Shown here: in pieces, positions 24,380 to 36,619 of the stretch
How the letters are laid out: every line of letters begins with the position of its first letter
How positions within the stretch are numbered: position 1 is the stretch's first letter
Assembly (NCBI RefSeq): GCF_001194135.2
Contig: NC_068984.1
Span: 55,671,825-55,728,525 of the forward strand
Direction: 5' to 3'
DNA length: 56,701 nucleotides
Source: Octopus bimaculoides
Taxonomy: Eukaryota
Position numbers and translations under genes: made by a program
Notes under the pieces: model-generated
What the model saw: the letters and a program-made list of their open reading frames with translations, nothing else
The model's database searches: none
Told to the model about the DNA's origin: nothing

Positions 24380-24537
24380 AAGGTGTGTTTACGTTCTCGT
24401 AACTTAGCGATTCGGCAAAAAAGACCGATAGAATAAGTATTAGGCTTATAAAGAAGAAATCCTGGGGTTGATTTGCTCGACTAAAGACGGTGCTCCAGCA
24501 TGGCCGCAGTCAAATGACTGAAACAAGTAAAAGAATA
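24380..24537 (+). mobile_element. SINE family B 3' half
   Basis: gtgtttacgttctcgtaacttagcgattcggcaaaa...gacggtgctccagcatggccgcagtcaaatgactgaaacaagtaaaaga. Confidence 0.85.
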
Positions 24538-25313
24538 TATAAATTATATATATATATATATAAATTATATGCATGAATTATATATATANNNNNNNNNNNN
24601 NNNNNNNNNNNNNNNNNNNNNNNNNNNNNNNNNNNNNNNNNNNNNNNNNNNNNNNNNNNNNNNNNNNNNNNNNNNNNNNNNNNNNNNNNNNNNNNNNNNN
24701 NNNNNNNNNNNNNNNNNNNNNNNNNNNNNNNNNNNNNNNNNNNNNNNNNNNNNNNNNNNNNNNNNNNNNNNNNNNNNNNNNNNNNNNNNNNNNNNNNNNN
24801 NNNNNNNNNNNNNNNNNNNNNNNNNNNNNNNNNNNNNNNNNNNNNNNNNNNNNNNNNNNNNNNNNNNNNNNNNNNNNNNNNNNNNNNNNNNNNNNNNNNN
24901 NNNNNNNNNNNNNNNNNNNNNNNNNNNNNNNNNNNNNNNNNNNNNNNNNNNNNNNNNNNNNNNNNNNNNNNNNNNNNNNNNNNNNNNNNNNNNNNNNNNN
25001 NNNNNNNNNNNNNNNNNNNNNNNNNNNNNNNNNNNNNNNNNNNNNNNNNNNNNNNNNNNNNNNNNNNNNNNNNNNNNNNNNNNNNNNNNNNNNNNNNNNN
25101 NNNNNNNNNNNNNNNNNNNNNNNNNNNNNNNNNNNNNNNNNNNNNNNNNNNNNNNNNNNNNNNNNNNNNNNNNNNNNNNNNNNNNNNNNNNNNNNNNNNN
25201 NNNNNNNNNNNNNNNNNNNNNNNNNNNNNNNNTATATATATATATATATATATAGGCCTTCTCATTGAGCATTGACTTGCTGGTTGTCAGTGGGGTCGGT
25301 AATTAGTAAAATC

Positions 25314-25415
25314 AGTTAACATTACTACCCACCAAATATGTTAACATTACTACCAGTTAACATTACTACCAGTTAACATTACTATCTGTTAACATTACTA
25401 GCAGTTCACATTACC
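25314..25415. repeat. ~16-bp tandem minisatellite (GTTAACATTACTACCA), about six degenerate units
   Basis: gttaacattact recurs five times, plus one gttcacattacc. Confidence 0.85.
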
Positions 25416-26065
25416 ACCCACCAACTAGTCGCGTAACGCTTTACTTACGTCCTTCATCCGTCATTTATCAAAGCTAGTAACTAATAAATCATAATCCCAC
25501 GTGCGCAAATAATATTATGACTGCAGCAACAATTAGCTTAAACACTGAGAACCATCGAACTGTACCTCCACCACCTATCAGCACCAACACCACCACTCAA
25601 CAATTATCATTCCATGAAAACATCCATGATCCCAACTACGGCACTCTTCCAGCAACGACCTTCACCCGTCAACTACCGACCTACTGACACAAACAAAACA
25701 TAGTTTCTACTGTTAAACATTATGGTAGACTATGACTGCAACAAACGTAGAATCCAAGCTCTGCAAGCAACAGTACGGAGCAGCAGGAACCCAGCAACCA
25801 TCACTCAACCCCACCTCCACCATTCCATCAAAGAATCCATGATCCCAGCCACAGTATTCTACTTACAGGCACCACTACTACTACTACCACCATTGTTATA
25901 CTACTATACAGTCTTAACATACTTAAGCTCCCCAAACTTAAGATTGTCGTCACTCAAATATAAGAACATGGAACTGTTTTTTTTCTCTTTCTCTCTTGCT
26001 ATTGTTGCTGTTCTTCTCTTTCTTTTTCTTTCTTTCTTTCTTCTTCTTCTCTTTATCATCATCTT

Positions 26066-26585
26066 TTCGGGGTCGATGTAATCGATTATTCCCTCCCCTC
26101 AAATTCCAGACTTTGTGCCTTTAGTAGAAAGGATTATTAATATATTATTATTATTATTGTTATTATTATTATTATTATTATCATCATAAGTCAGCGAGCT
26201 GGCAGAAACGTTAGCACGCCAGGCGAAATGCTTAGCGGGTCTTTACGATAAATTAAGTACTAGTTGCGTACTGGGATCGATCTAATCGACTGCCCCGCTC
26301 CCCCAAAATAGTCGGGCCTTGTTCCTAGAGTAGAAAAGATTATTATTATCATCATAAAGGCGACAGAATCGTTAGCACGCCGGGCAAAATGTTTGGTGGC
26401 ATTTTGTCCGTCTTGACGTTCTGAGTTCAAATTCCGCCGAGATCGACTTTGCTTTTATCTTTTCGGGGACGATAGATTAAGTGCCAGTTGAGAACTGGGG
26501 GTCAATGTAATTGACTATCCCCCTCCCCACTAATTTCAGGGCTTGTGCTTATAGTAGAAAGGATTATGATCATCATCATCATCAT
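26066..26585 (+). mobile_element. Tandem SINE family A copies (tail fragment, internally deleted copy, near-full copy)
   Basis: gcgagctggcagaaacgttagcacgcc; gttctgagttcaaattccgccgag; gtagaaaggattatt tails. Confidence 0.9.
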
Positions 26586-26689
26586 TATCCTTCTTTTATC
26601 TTCTTGAACCCCTATTTAGCCCTAATCAAGTAAACCGGTGATGAAAGGCATTCAAGCAGTGATAAACTCTTGTTTTGTTTTTTTAGATT

Positions 26690-27040
26690 TTTCCTATGCT
26701 CCAGCCTTTGCTGCCTAAATTGAGGGAGATTTGGCTATTGTATTTAACATATAGAGCAAACAATGGGATTAAGTCGATTGCATCGACTCCAGTGCGTAAC
26801 GGGTAGATAATAATAATGATAAAGGTTTCAAATTTTGCCACAAGGTCATCAGTTTTGGGGGGAAAGAATAATTCGATTACATCGACCCGGTGTTCCACTA
26901 GTACTTAATTTATCGACCCCGAAAGGCTGAAAGGCAAAGTCGACCTCGGCGGAATTTGAACTCAGAACGTAGCTGCGGGGGGAAATACCACTAAGCATTT
27001 CGTCCAGTGTGCTAATGATTCTGCCAGCTCGCTTCCTTGA
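26690..27040 (-). mobile_element. SINE family A copies in the opposite orientation
   Basis: gtcgattgcatcgactccagt; atcgaccccgaaagg.tgaaaggcaaagtcgacctcggcggaatttgaactcagaacgt; ttctgccagctcgc. Confidence 0.9.
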
Positions 27041-27140
27041 TAATAGTAATGATAATAATAATATATTCTTAATGTATACATGTATATATATACATACATA
27101 TCTGACTTAATTAACAGATATATACATATATGTATCTATC

Positions 27141-27232
<92 letters not shown>

Positions 27233-27604
27233 TACTGACAGATGTATACATATTTGTATGTATATGTAACTAAGTTTATCTATGGATTTATTTATGGCAT
27301 TAAATATTATCCCTGCACAGAATTTGGAATGTGTGTATAGGTGTTGGTGTATAGCTCTTATTAACTGTTAATCGAGTCAGTGCCTGTATGCAAGCGCACG
27401 GCTACTTATTGTATGTGCTCCTAGTTACGTTAGCTGAATCTCTTAACAACACATAAGTAGCACTGAAAGCTAGGTGTCACTTTAATACACAAGTGACTTT
27501 ATCATGTTGTCATTGGAAAATCAATTAGATAACGACTTACACAAGTTTCTGGTAAAATTTCTCCTCATAGATTTGAGATTTTAAAACGATAGTTGCCATT
27601 TTTT

Positions 27605-28117
27605 AGCAAAGGCAGATAAAGTGCCTAGCAGTATTTCTTTCTGCTGTTCACGTTTTATGTTCAAATTCTACCGTGGTCAATTTTGCCTTTCATTCTTCCA
27701 GAGGTGATAAAATAAGGCAGCAATGAAGTACTGGTACCGAGGGTATGGTTTAACCCATTCTACCAAACATTTCTAGCCTTGTACTTAGTCAGAAATTATA
27801 ATAGCAGTCAATTTGCAGAACTGTTGGCCTGCTGCTATTTCTTCTAACGTTCTGAGTTCGAATTCCATTTAGGTTAACTTTGCCTTTTACCCTTCTTCGG
27901 TCAACGGTATTGAATAATTTGCTTCTCCAAATTTCAGGTCTTGTGTTTCTGATAGAAACAATAATTCTCATGATCATCAAGCTATTCAATCATTGTACTG
28001 CGGCCCAGCATGAAAGGCAAAGTCGACCTCGGCGGAATTTGAACTCAGAACGTAATGATAGACGAAATAAGCATTTCGCCTGGCGTGCTAACGTTTCTAC
28101 CTGCTAATCGCCCTTCA
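27605..28117. mobile_element. SINE family A cluster: two old + copies (27605-27970) and one - copy (28009-28117)
   Basis: gttcaaattc and gttcgaattcc B boxes on +; tgaaaggcaaagtcgacctcggcggaatttgaactcag on -. Confidence 0.8.
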
Positions 28118-28447
28118 AAGGAAAATATATTGCAGCATGGAAAAACCTGGATTTTAAAATTAAACCTATTTTTCTGTATGTTAACTATATTTCATTATCA
28201 TTTTTAGTACACTTAAGTATTATATGATAAACACAATATAATCATTATTAAAAGCACGGGTACATTAAATCATAGATATTAACATTTTTATCGATCTGAA
28301 ATTTAATTTTTTTCTTGAACTTTCGCTGAACTCATGCGCAAAAAAATTATTCAGATAATTTAGTGATTGTTTGAGACAAGAAAAAATTGATTTTATTGGT
28401 AAATTATAGACTTTTTAAAGCGTCTATGCCGCAGAGAGAAAAAAATT

Positions 28448-28480
28448 TCTCACGTTTCGGATCGAATCATTCATCGGAGA
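28448..28480 (-). ncRNA. Degenerate hammerhead-like motif
   Basis: Minus strand reads TCT-CCGATGA-AT-GAT tcg ATC-C-GAAAC-GTG-AGA: U4C core change and G at the cleavage position, so probably inactive. Confidence 0.4.
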
Positions 28481-29013
28481 CAGAATTTTTGTTTTATTTC
28501 TTTTGTTTTCAGTTATCGAAGTGTGAAGACTGAGAGCTTCTGGAAACAAGTGAGAAGGAAGAAGTGGGAGAAAGAGAAAGGAAGATAAATTAAAAGAGTA
28601 CTTGGAGAAGAAATGGATTGAAGAAACAAGGGGATTTATTATTTATTGGTCAACGTAAAGTAGGGTGAGAGTGTCAGTTAGAGGTAACTGGATTCGTATA
28701 CAGTATCTGTCAATGAAAATATGTATACATACGCGAGTGTGTGCGAGTATGTGTGTGTGTGAAGGCGTGCGTAACTCTCTAACAGATCACTCATTGGCCA
28801 CCTACTATTTGCACTAATCAATAAATCCTCCTCTTCCTTTATCTTTCCCAATATTCTCCTCCACTATGTTCGCAGACTATAATGCTTCATTCACTATTAT
28901 CATATTTTGAGCTTTTCTCTTTCCAACAGAAGAACTCGGTTCGTAACCTCAGGAAATTCTTCGTCCAACGAAATACGAATCTGAGAAAGCTTACTGCCAA
29001 TATATTGGTGTCT

Positions 29014-29452
29014 AAAGACGACGAGCTGGCAGAAACGTTATCGTGCCGGGCGAAATGCTTAGCGGCATTTCGTCTGTCGCTACGTTCTGAGTTCAAATTC
29101 CGCCGAGGTCGACTTTGCCTTTCATCTTTTCGGGGTCGATATATTAAGTACCAGTTACGCATTGCGATCAATGTAATCGACTTAATCCGTCTGTCTGTCC
29201 TTGTTTGTCCCCTATATGTTTAGCCCCTTGTGGGCAATAAAGAAATAAGAAACGTTATCATGCCGAGTAAAATGCTTAGCGGCATTTCATCCGACTTTAC
29301 GTTCTGAGTTCAAAGTCCGCCGAGGTTGACATTACCTTTCGTTCTTTCGAGATCGTTAAAATAAGCACTAGTGAGCACTGGGATCGATGTAATCGACATA
29401 CACTCAATCCAAAAATTGATGAACTTGTGCCAAAACTTGAAACCTATATATA
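29014..29452 (+). mobile_element. Dimeric SINE family A (two tRNA-like units joined by a ~65-nt linker)
   Basis: Unit 1 + cttaatccgtctgtctgtccttgtttgtcccc...taaagaaata + unit 2; the same layout recurs at 46067-46453. Confidence 0.85.
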
Positions 29453-29529
29453 GGTAACTGAAGGCGGCGAGGTAGCAGAAACGATATAAATATATAAAGA
29501 CACACACACACATACATGTGTAAATATAT

Positions 29530-29915
29530 ATTGGTTTCAAATTTTGGCAAAGGCCAGCAAATTCGGGGGATGGGTTAAGTCGATTACATTGACCCCAGTG
29601 CTAAGCTGGTACTTATTTTATCGACTCCAGGGTGGTGTTACGCAAAATCGACCTGAGTGGAATTTGAACTCAGTCGTAAAAATGGACGAAATGCTGCTAA
29701 GCATTTTGTCCGGCGTGCTAACGATTCTGTAGGCTTGCGTCTTGTGTAGATGTACGTATTGCTTTCAAATTTTGGCACAAGGCCAGCAATTTCGGGGGAA
29801 GGTAAGTCGAATACATCGACCCCAGTGCTCCATAGGTACTTATTTAATCAACTCCCGAAAGGATGGAAGGCTAAGTCGATCTCGGCAGATTTTGAACTCA
29901 GAATGTAGTAGACGT
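29530..29915 (-). mobile_element. Two tandem SINE family A copies
   Basis: ttcaaattttggc.caaggccagcaa, gtcgattacat.gaccccagtgct and gaatttgaactcag, each present twice. Confidence 0.85.
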
Positions 29916-30616
29916 ATATATTAACTTAAAATTTTATACATATATGTATTCATACAAATGTATAATTTTCCATTTACACACACGTACACACACACACACA
30001 TGTATATATGCACTTATATATACTTATGAACGAACGTACATGCATAAATGCATACATACAGAGACAGACTGACAGATAACTTGAAAATTATATTAGACAA
30101 TAAGAGCATCTATTTCAAACAGAAGAGAGAAACTGTGCCACGTAACCTACATATGTATTTATGTTTCTTTATCAACACGATTCTCTTTGGTCGACTTGTA
30201 TTCGTGTCAGAAGTAGAAGAACAAAGCCTCATTAACTTATGTGATCATTCACGCAAACGGAGTCACGTATGTAGATGCGCGCGTGAATGTGTGCACGCGC
30301 ATCTACGTGCCTATACGTGAGTTTCTAAAAGTGTGTGATCGTGTTTGTGTGGGTGTGTATGCATGGTTCTATTAATGTATGTGTATTTATGTGTTTTTGT
30401 GTGCGTATGCTTTTGGTAGCTTACTTGCTTGTCTCTGCTTGTAAATGAATGCATAAAGAAATGCGAAGAGAATGTTGTTGATAAATACAAATCCATCGAC
30501 ATAGATATGTGTACATCTATGTATCAACCAATCTTTTTCTCCCTTCCCCTCTTCCACCTCTCTCTCTCTCTCTCTCTTCCTCTTTCTTTGACTCTATCTC
30601 TCTCTCTCTCTGTATG

Positions 30617-30664
<48 letters not shown>

Positions 30665-30826
30665 TTGATAGATAGATACATAGATATGGCCGGTGTATGA
30701 GGTTACCCTGGGTTTCTCGTCCATAAATTACTTAGCTTTACAATGTTTCTTCAGATCCTAGGCCTATGGCCTCTCTAGCAAGTATATGTATATATATATG
30801 TATATATATATATATGTATATATATA

Positions 30827-31166
30827 GGAGGAGCGCTCTGTTGGCTACAACGCCGAGGGTCCCAGCTAATACGATCAACGGAACAGGTTGCTCGTGAAAT
30901 TAATGTGCAAGTGACTGAACAGTCCACCGTCACGTATATCCTTAGTTCGCAGAGACTCGGCGTAGTTCGCAAGGAAACTCAGCGTGACACAGAGTGACAC
31001 AGAGTGACACAGAGTGTGTGATACAGGTACTACTCATTTTTGCCAGCTGAGTGGAACAACGTGAAAGAAAGTGTCTTGCTTAAGGACACAACGCGTCGCT
31101 GTGAATTGAACTCACGACCTTACGTTCATGAAACGAATGCCCGTAACCACTAAGCCACGCGCCTTC
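30827..31166 (-). mobile_element. tRNA-derived SINE family C with conserved central domain
   Basis: Reverse complement: gaaggcgcgtggcttagtggtta (A box)...gtcgtgagttcaattc (B box), gtgtccttaagcaagacactt, ccactcagctggcaaaaatgagtag. Internal (GTGACACAGA)x3. Confidence 0.8.
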
Positions 31167-31167
31167 A

Positions 31168-31203
<36 letters not shown>

Positions 31204-31434
31204 NNNNNNNNNNNNNNNNNNNNNNNNNNNNNNNNNNNNNNNNNNNNNNNNNNNNNNNNNNNNNNNNNNNNNNNNNNNNNNNNNNNNNNNNNNNNNNNNN
31301 NNNNNNNNNNNNNNNNNNNNNNNNNNNNNNNNNNNNNNNNNNNNNNNNNNNNNNNNNNNNNNNNNNNATATATATATACACATACATAACTACATTATGT
31401 ATGAATGAATGGATGTATATATGTGTGTGTGTGT

Positions 31435-31470
<36 letters not shown>

Positions 31471-32099
31471 ATATATGTATGTATTTATGTATTTATGTTG
31501 CATGTGCGAGCGTGTGTTTGAGTGCAACTGTGTTACTGTACAAACACACATTTTAATAAGCGTACAACGTTTTCAGGAAAATATATATAAGTGCATGGTT
31601 ATAGAACCAGCAGCAGCTATCGTGTATTTCTTTGATGGCTATTTCATATTTTCTGTTGATAAAATACCCATATTTCTCTTATATCTTACTATTTGGCATT
31701 ATTCCCCATAATATTACTACGAACATATTTGGTTTAAATCTGATCAATATATAATATGTATATCGTGAACGTACATTGGAAGTCTTTTTGAAAGGAAGAG
31801 CTACGCTGAAGAATTTCAAATAGTGTTGCTTTAGGATACTTAGAAATATTGACATTTTTTTTATCGAATCTATGTATATGCAAATATATATGAGGTTTGC
31901 ATGCTTCTACATTTATAATATGTTATTATTATTCAGAAACGTATATGCGAAGATACACAAATTTCTTTTAATATATGGACATAATGCCAATACACACACA
32001 TACATACATCCGCACATATATAAATACATACATATACATATATAAAGATAGCTAGGTACATGCATACGCATACATAAAGGCAGATACATAAACATACAT

Positions 32100-32147
<48 letters not shown>

Positions 32148-32559
32148 GCAGGCGTTTATTTTTATCAACCATCGCCCCCGTTTGTTAACCTTGACAGGAA
32201 CATGAGTGACGGATCTACTATCTTCTCAGGCAGAAACATACGATACATAAAGCAAAAAAAAAAAATGGAAATAAACTGGATACAGTGGGTGTAGAAGCAA
32301 ATTAAATTCCCCTTAAAAACTAGACCGCCCCCAGCTATTGAAACCAAAACCTCAAAAACATAACTATATTTTAATCTGCTTTATCTTCCATGCTATCTGA
32401 ATGAAATTCAATAATACAAAATCCTTCCTAAATTTGATCCTGATTCACTATCCTACATGTGACATAGATTCCAACGTATTTAACCGACAAATAATTCCTT
32501 TCTGGAATATCTCGAGACACACGCATGAAGTTATAAATAATCCATTCTCATTTTGGTTT

Positions 32560-33365
32560 AATGCTAGCAATTTTGAAGGGTGAGGAAGTAAATTACTTCG
32601 ACGTACTTTATTGACCCTGAAAGCAAAGTCTCGGCGGAATTTGAACTCAGAATGTAAAGACGCTAAAGATTTTGCCAGCTTGCTGCCTATTATAAAATAT
32701 CCAACACACCATTTCTACTATCTCATTGCTCTAAATAAAGCTATACATAATTTCAAAGTTATGCACAAGGCCAGCACGTTTTAAGGGGAAGAGTAAGTCG
32801 AGTGCATCGGCGCAGTACTTAAGTGGCACTCATTTTATCGACACTGAAAAAATAGAAGGTAAAATCGATCTCGGCGAAATTTGATCTCAGAACGTAAATG
32901 ACGAAATAGCAGTAAACATTCTGTCCGGCGATGTAACGGTTCTGCCAGCCCTTCTAAAGGAAGTTGTAAATAATCTTTTCTACTATAGGCACAAGGCCTG
33001 AAATTTTGGAGGAGCGGACTAGTCGATTACATCGACCCCAGTGCTCGACTAAGACTTATTGCATCGACCCCGAAAGGATGAAAGGCAAAATCAACTTCCG
33101 CGGAAATTGAACCTACGCATTTTATCCGGCATGCTAACGGTTCTGTCAATTCGCCGCCTTCTAAATAATGCTCTAAATAATGGTTTCAAATGTTGGCACA
33201 AAGCCAGCAAGTTCGGGGGAAGGGACTAGTCGATTACATCGACCACAGTGCTCAATTTGTACTCATTTTATCGAACCGACAGAACGAAATGCAAAGTCGA
33301 CCTCAGCAGAATTTGAGCTCAGAATGATGAAACGCCGCTAAGCATTTTTCTCGGCATTCCAGTGA
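32560..33365 (-). mobile_element. Four tandem SINE family A copies
   Basis: Repeated gtcga.tacatcgac, gaaaggcaaa and gaatttga(a/t/g)ctcagaa motifs at ~32560, 32750, 32975 and 33178. Confidence 0.85.
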
Positions 33366-33934
33366 TGCTCACCGACATGTAAAACTATAAATAATAGCAT
33401 GCAAATGGTAGATTTAAAATCTCTTTTATGTATACATGTATACAGGAGATGTGGGTTCGCGTTCCATGGACAGCCTTCGACTTTTTCTACCTAAAAGGGC
33501 TTTTTAACCCAATATTTACATGCTAGTATTAATAGCTTTTCGTGCATGCTTCGAGATATTCCAAAAAGGAATTATTTCACATTCGAAAATTAGGAGTTGA
33601 GAAATTTCATCACAAATACGTCCAAACACCCGGTAGCAAATTCAATTATTCCAATAATCCCATCAATCTGGCTACCGGAGAAGATAATTGCAAATGTCAA
33701 ATTGCAGAGTTTTTTTTTTAAAGTTTTGCCTCATTACGACGACAATTTTAAATCAATAAACACCTTTGGTTCACTACATTAGGTATGTTAGCACTTCTCC
33801 CACTCTATAAAGTCCTCCTTGTGTCATTCCCAATATGCTCATACTGCTAGAAATAGATTGTGTAGTGATCGTATCTTTGTAATGTTAAAAAAGTGACTGC
33901 TGTCATGTATGCATTGCAGAATGTTTTTAAGACT

Positions 33935-34125
33935 CTGCTTGTTTAGACCGAGGCCAGGACCCGTTGATCACATCTATGACCAAAGGTGCTCAGCTTGTGA
34001 TCAACACAACTTCGTGTAAGTAGTACTGCAGGGTCCGATGTATCCGTCATCATTTAGGACAGTAGTTTCTTATTTGAAAGAAATTCTAGTGCTATTTCCG
34101 CTATTCGATAGTTTTCTAGGTTAAA
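33935..34125 (-). mobile_element. Interspersed repeat family D (old)
   Basis: ttgtttagacc..ggccagg....ttgatca..atctatgaccaaagg motif. Confidence 0.5.
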
Positions 34126-34189
34126 TCAAGAAGTGAATGTTAGTGTTATATGCGTCGGAATAGTTATAAGGAAGGTGGGGAAGAAATTC

Positions 34190-35150
34190 ATTAATATTTG
34201 TGGAGAACGGTAGACATAACCGAAAGATTAGTAGCAGCAGGGTTAAGAGAAAGTAGATAAGAAATACCAAGTGTCTTTCTGTCTCTGACAGCTCCTATGG
34301 ACAGGAGACATGGAAAAATATGGACGTTTTCACTGACAGAAAATATGGGAAGTCCTGGTGTGAAATATGAAGACATATCACACACAAGTAGATTCAGTTA
34401 AAGCTTCTAGTTTAGTAATTTAGCTAAGATGCTTTCAAAGTAGGCAATAGTTAAAACTAATAGATGTGTTACTTAGTAAATTTCCATCCCAAGCATGGTC
34501 AAAGTGTTATTATGAGATGAAGGAGCATTTTTCCATTGAAGTTCCCAAGGCTAGAGAACAATGGTGTGTATATTAGGAGAGTAGATCTTTACATGCTCAT
34601 GACTCTAAGATAACAGTATTGATACTCGTTAACAATGGAACTATATTAAATGTTAAAAAGTGAATAGATTTTTATGTCTGTTTTCATCACCTCTGAGATA
34701 TTGAGAGGAAAGGCGACAGTTAAGTTAAATAACAAGATCGCATAGATTGCTCTTGTTGGTAACGTGACAGACTGTTATGTGTTGCTATAGAAAGTAGCAG
34801 ATCCCCGTGAAGGAGAATGATTGAAGAGTCTAATTGTGATAGGAGCTACTTCGGAAACGCATTATTTCGAGATAATAAAAGGAATAACACCAAGACATAT
34901 TGCCTTACTAAGAGGATCAAATGAATATATACAACCAAGAAAGTAGAAAGTAGGAGAGACACAGGTGTATTGGAGAAGCATTGTTTGGAATGGAGTTTGC
35001 TTTTATGCGTGCAGAGAGGAATTGGAAATAAAACGAATTGCATTTGATATGATTTTAACATCACAAATGGATACCTACTGTGCCATATGAAGAATTAATT
35101 GAAGAGAGTGGATGGGGGCATCTACGTAGGTAATAGAAATCATTTTCGTA
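34190..35150 (+). mobile_element. Possible highly decayed LINE (APE endonuclease region)
   Basis: Purine-rich on +, with scattered weak motifs (NNGVYIRR, IALVGN) in the expected order. No intact frame. Confidence 0.2.
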
Positions 35151-35228
35151 TACAGGCCCTCACACACTCATATATAATATAAAATTTATACAAATAACAT
35201 AATATAAATGCATATATATATGTGGGTT

Positions 35229-35348
<120 letters not shown>

Positions 35349-35536
35349 TACAAACAGAAAAATGGAATTCAAAACATGAGAATGTATTTCGTTTATATTA
35401 ATCGCCAAAAGTTAAAGAGTGAGTCAAGGGCCGAGAGTTTCGTCCATTGACACTTTGGCACTTATCGCTTGTTAAATGCCAATGCACGAAACTCTCGGCA
35501 TGAATGTCTCCCTATGTGTACGTGTTTAACGTTTTC

Positions 35537-35553
35537 GACATACATATATATAT

Positions 35554-35597
<44 letters not shown>

Positions 35598-35638
35598 GTA
35601 GATATTTATAGAAAGGTTAAACGCACACACTTACAAAG

Positions 35639-35693
<55 letters not shown>

Positions 35694-35705
35694 AGGAAAG
35701 AAAGA
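35537..35705. repeat. (GATA)n and (AAAG)n microsatellites
   Basis: Directly visible. Confidence 0.95.
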
Positions 35706-36619
35706 GGAACGGGATAAACAAAAATATGAGTTGTTTCTGTTAGACATAGGACACACCCATAGCTGTTTAGCTAATATGTTCCCTTCAGAGCTATTTATTT
35801 CAGATTCGCCCACACAGCTCGATGTCTTTGCTATTTGCCTTCTATCAGTCTTGTGAGGGAAATTCGCTACACGAACAGTGGAAAACCTTTATGCGTGACC
35901 GTTCCAGTTACTGAGTGTTAATCTTAATCCGTCAGTCTGTTAAACACTAGCATCTGATCATTTTGGTTGACTTAAGAGGAATACATTCGCGTCAGGCCTT
36001 ATTACACTACCTGTTTCTCATTTGTCTCGGCTATTTGGGTAAGGCTCAAGGGAACTGACCTTCCTAATCTAAGCCATTAAAGCCCCCAAAACATTTTCCG
36101 AATACACTTACGTACACATAAGTACACACGCACACACCACACACATACACACATATGCACATACCCACACACGTGCACACACGCACACACACACACACAC
36201 TCACACACACCTATAATACATTTACTATTAGAAACATCCAAGACAAAAGATATAGGATAAATACAGCCTTTTATCACGCATATCTGAAGCTACTTAAATA
36301 TAATTTAGATGAAAGCAGTACATATGATAAGCGGTACTTCTCTATCAAATTGGCGTAGGCTTATTGCCTTGATCGTGACAGAAGTGCTCTATATTTACTC
36401 TAATTACTGTTCCATCAAAGAACAATTTTTCATGCTTAACTTTTTCTCTCTCTTGGAGGTGGAGATGTGTCGCCTAATCGCATTGCGTCTGTGAAATTCG
36501 ATGTTAATGTCAACCTTCTCGTGCGAAATGTACACCTCTTTCCAGTACGGTTGGCAGTTACCACTAGCTTAATTGGTGGTGTTGCTAGAATTATCAAAAT
36601 ATTTTGAACATAATGTATA

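Noticed and set aside
25314-25415. CRISPR-like regular repeats
   Set aside because: The units are directly tandem without unique spacers, in eukaryotic context, with no cas genes.
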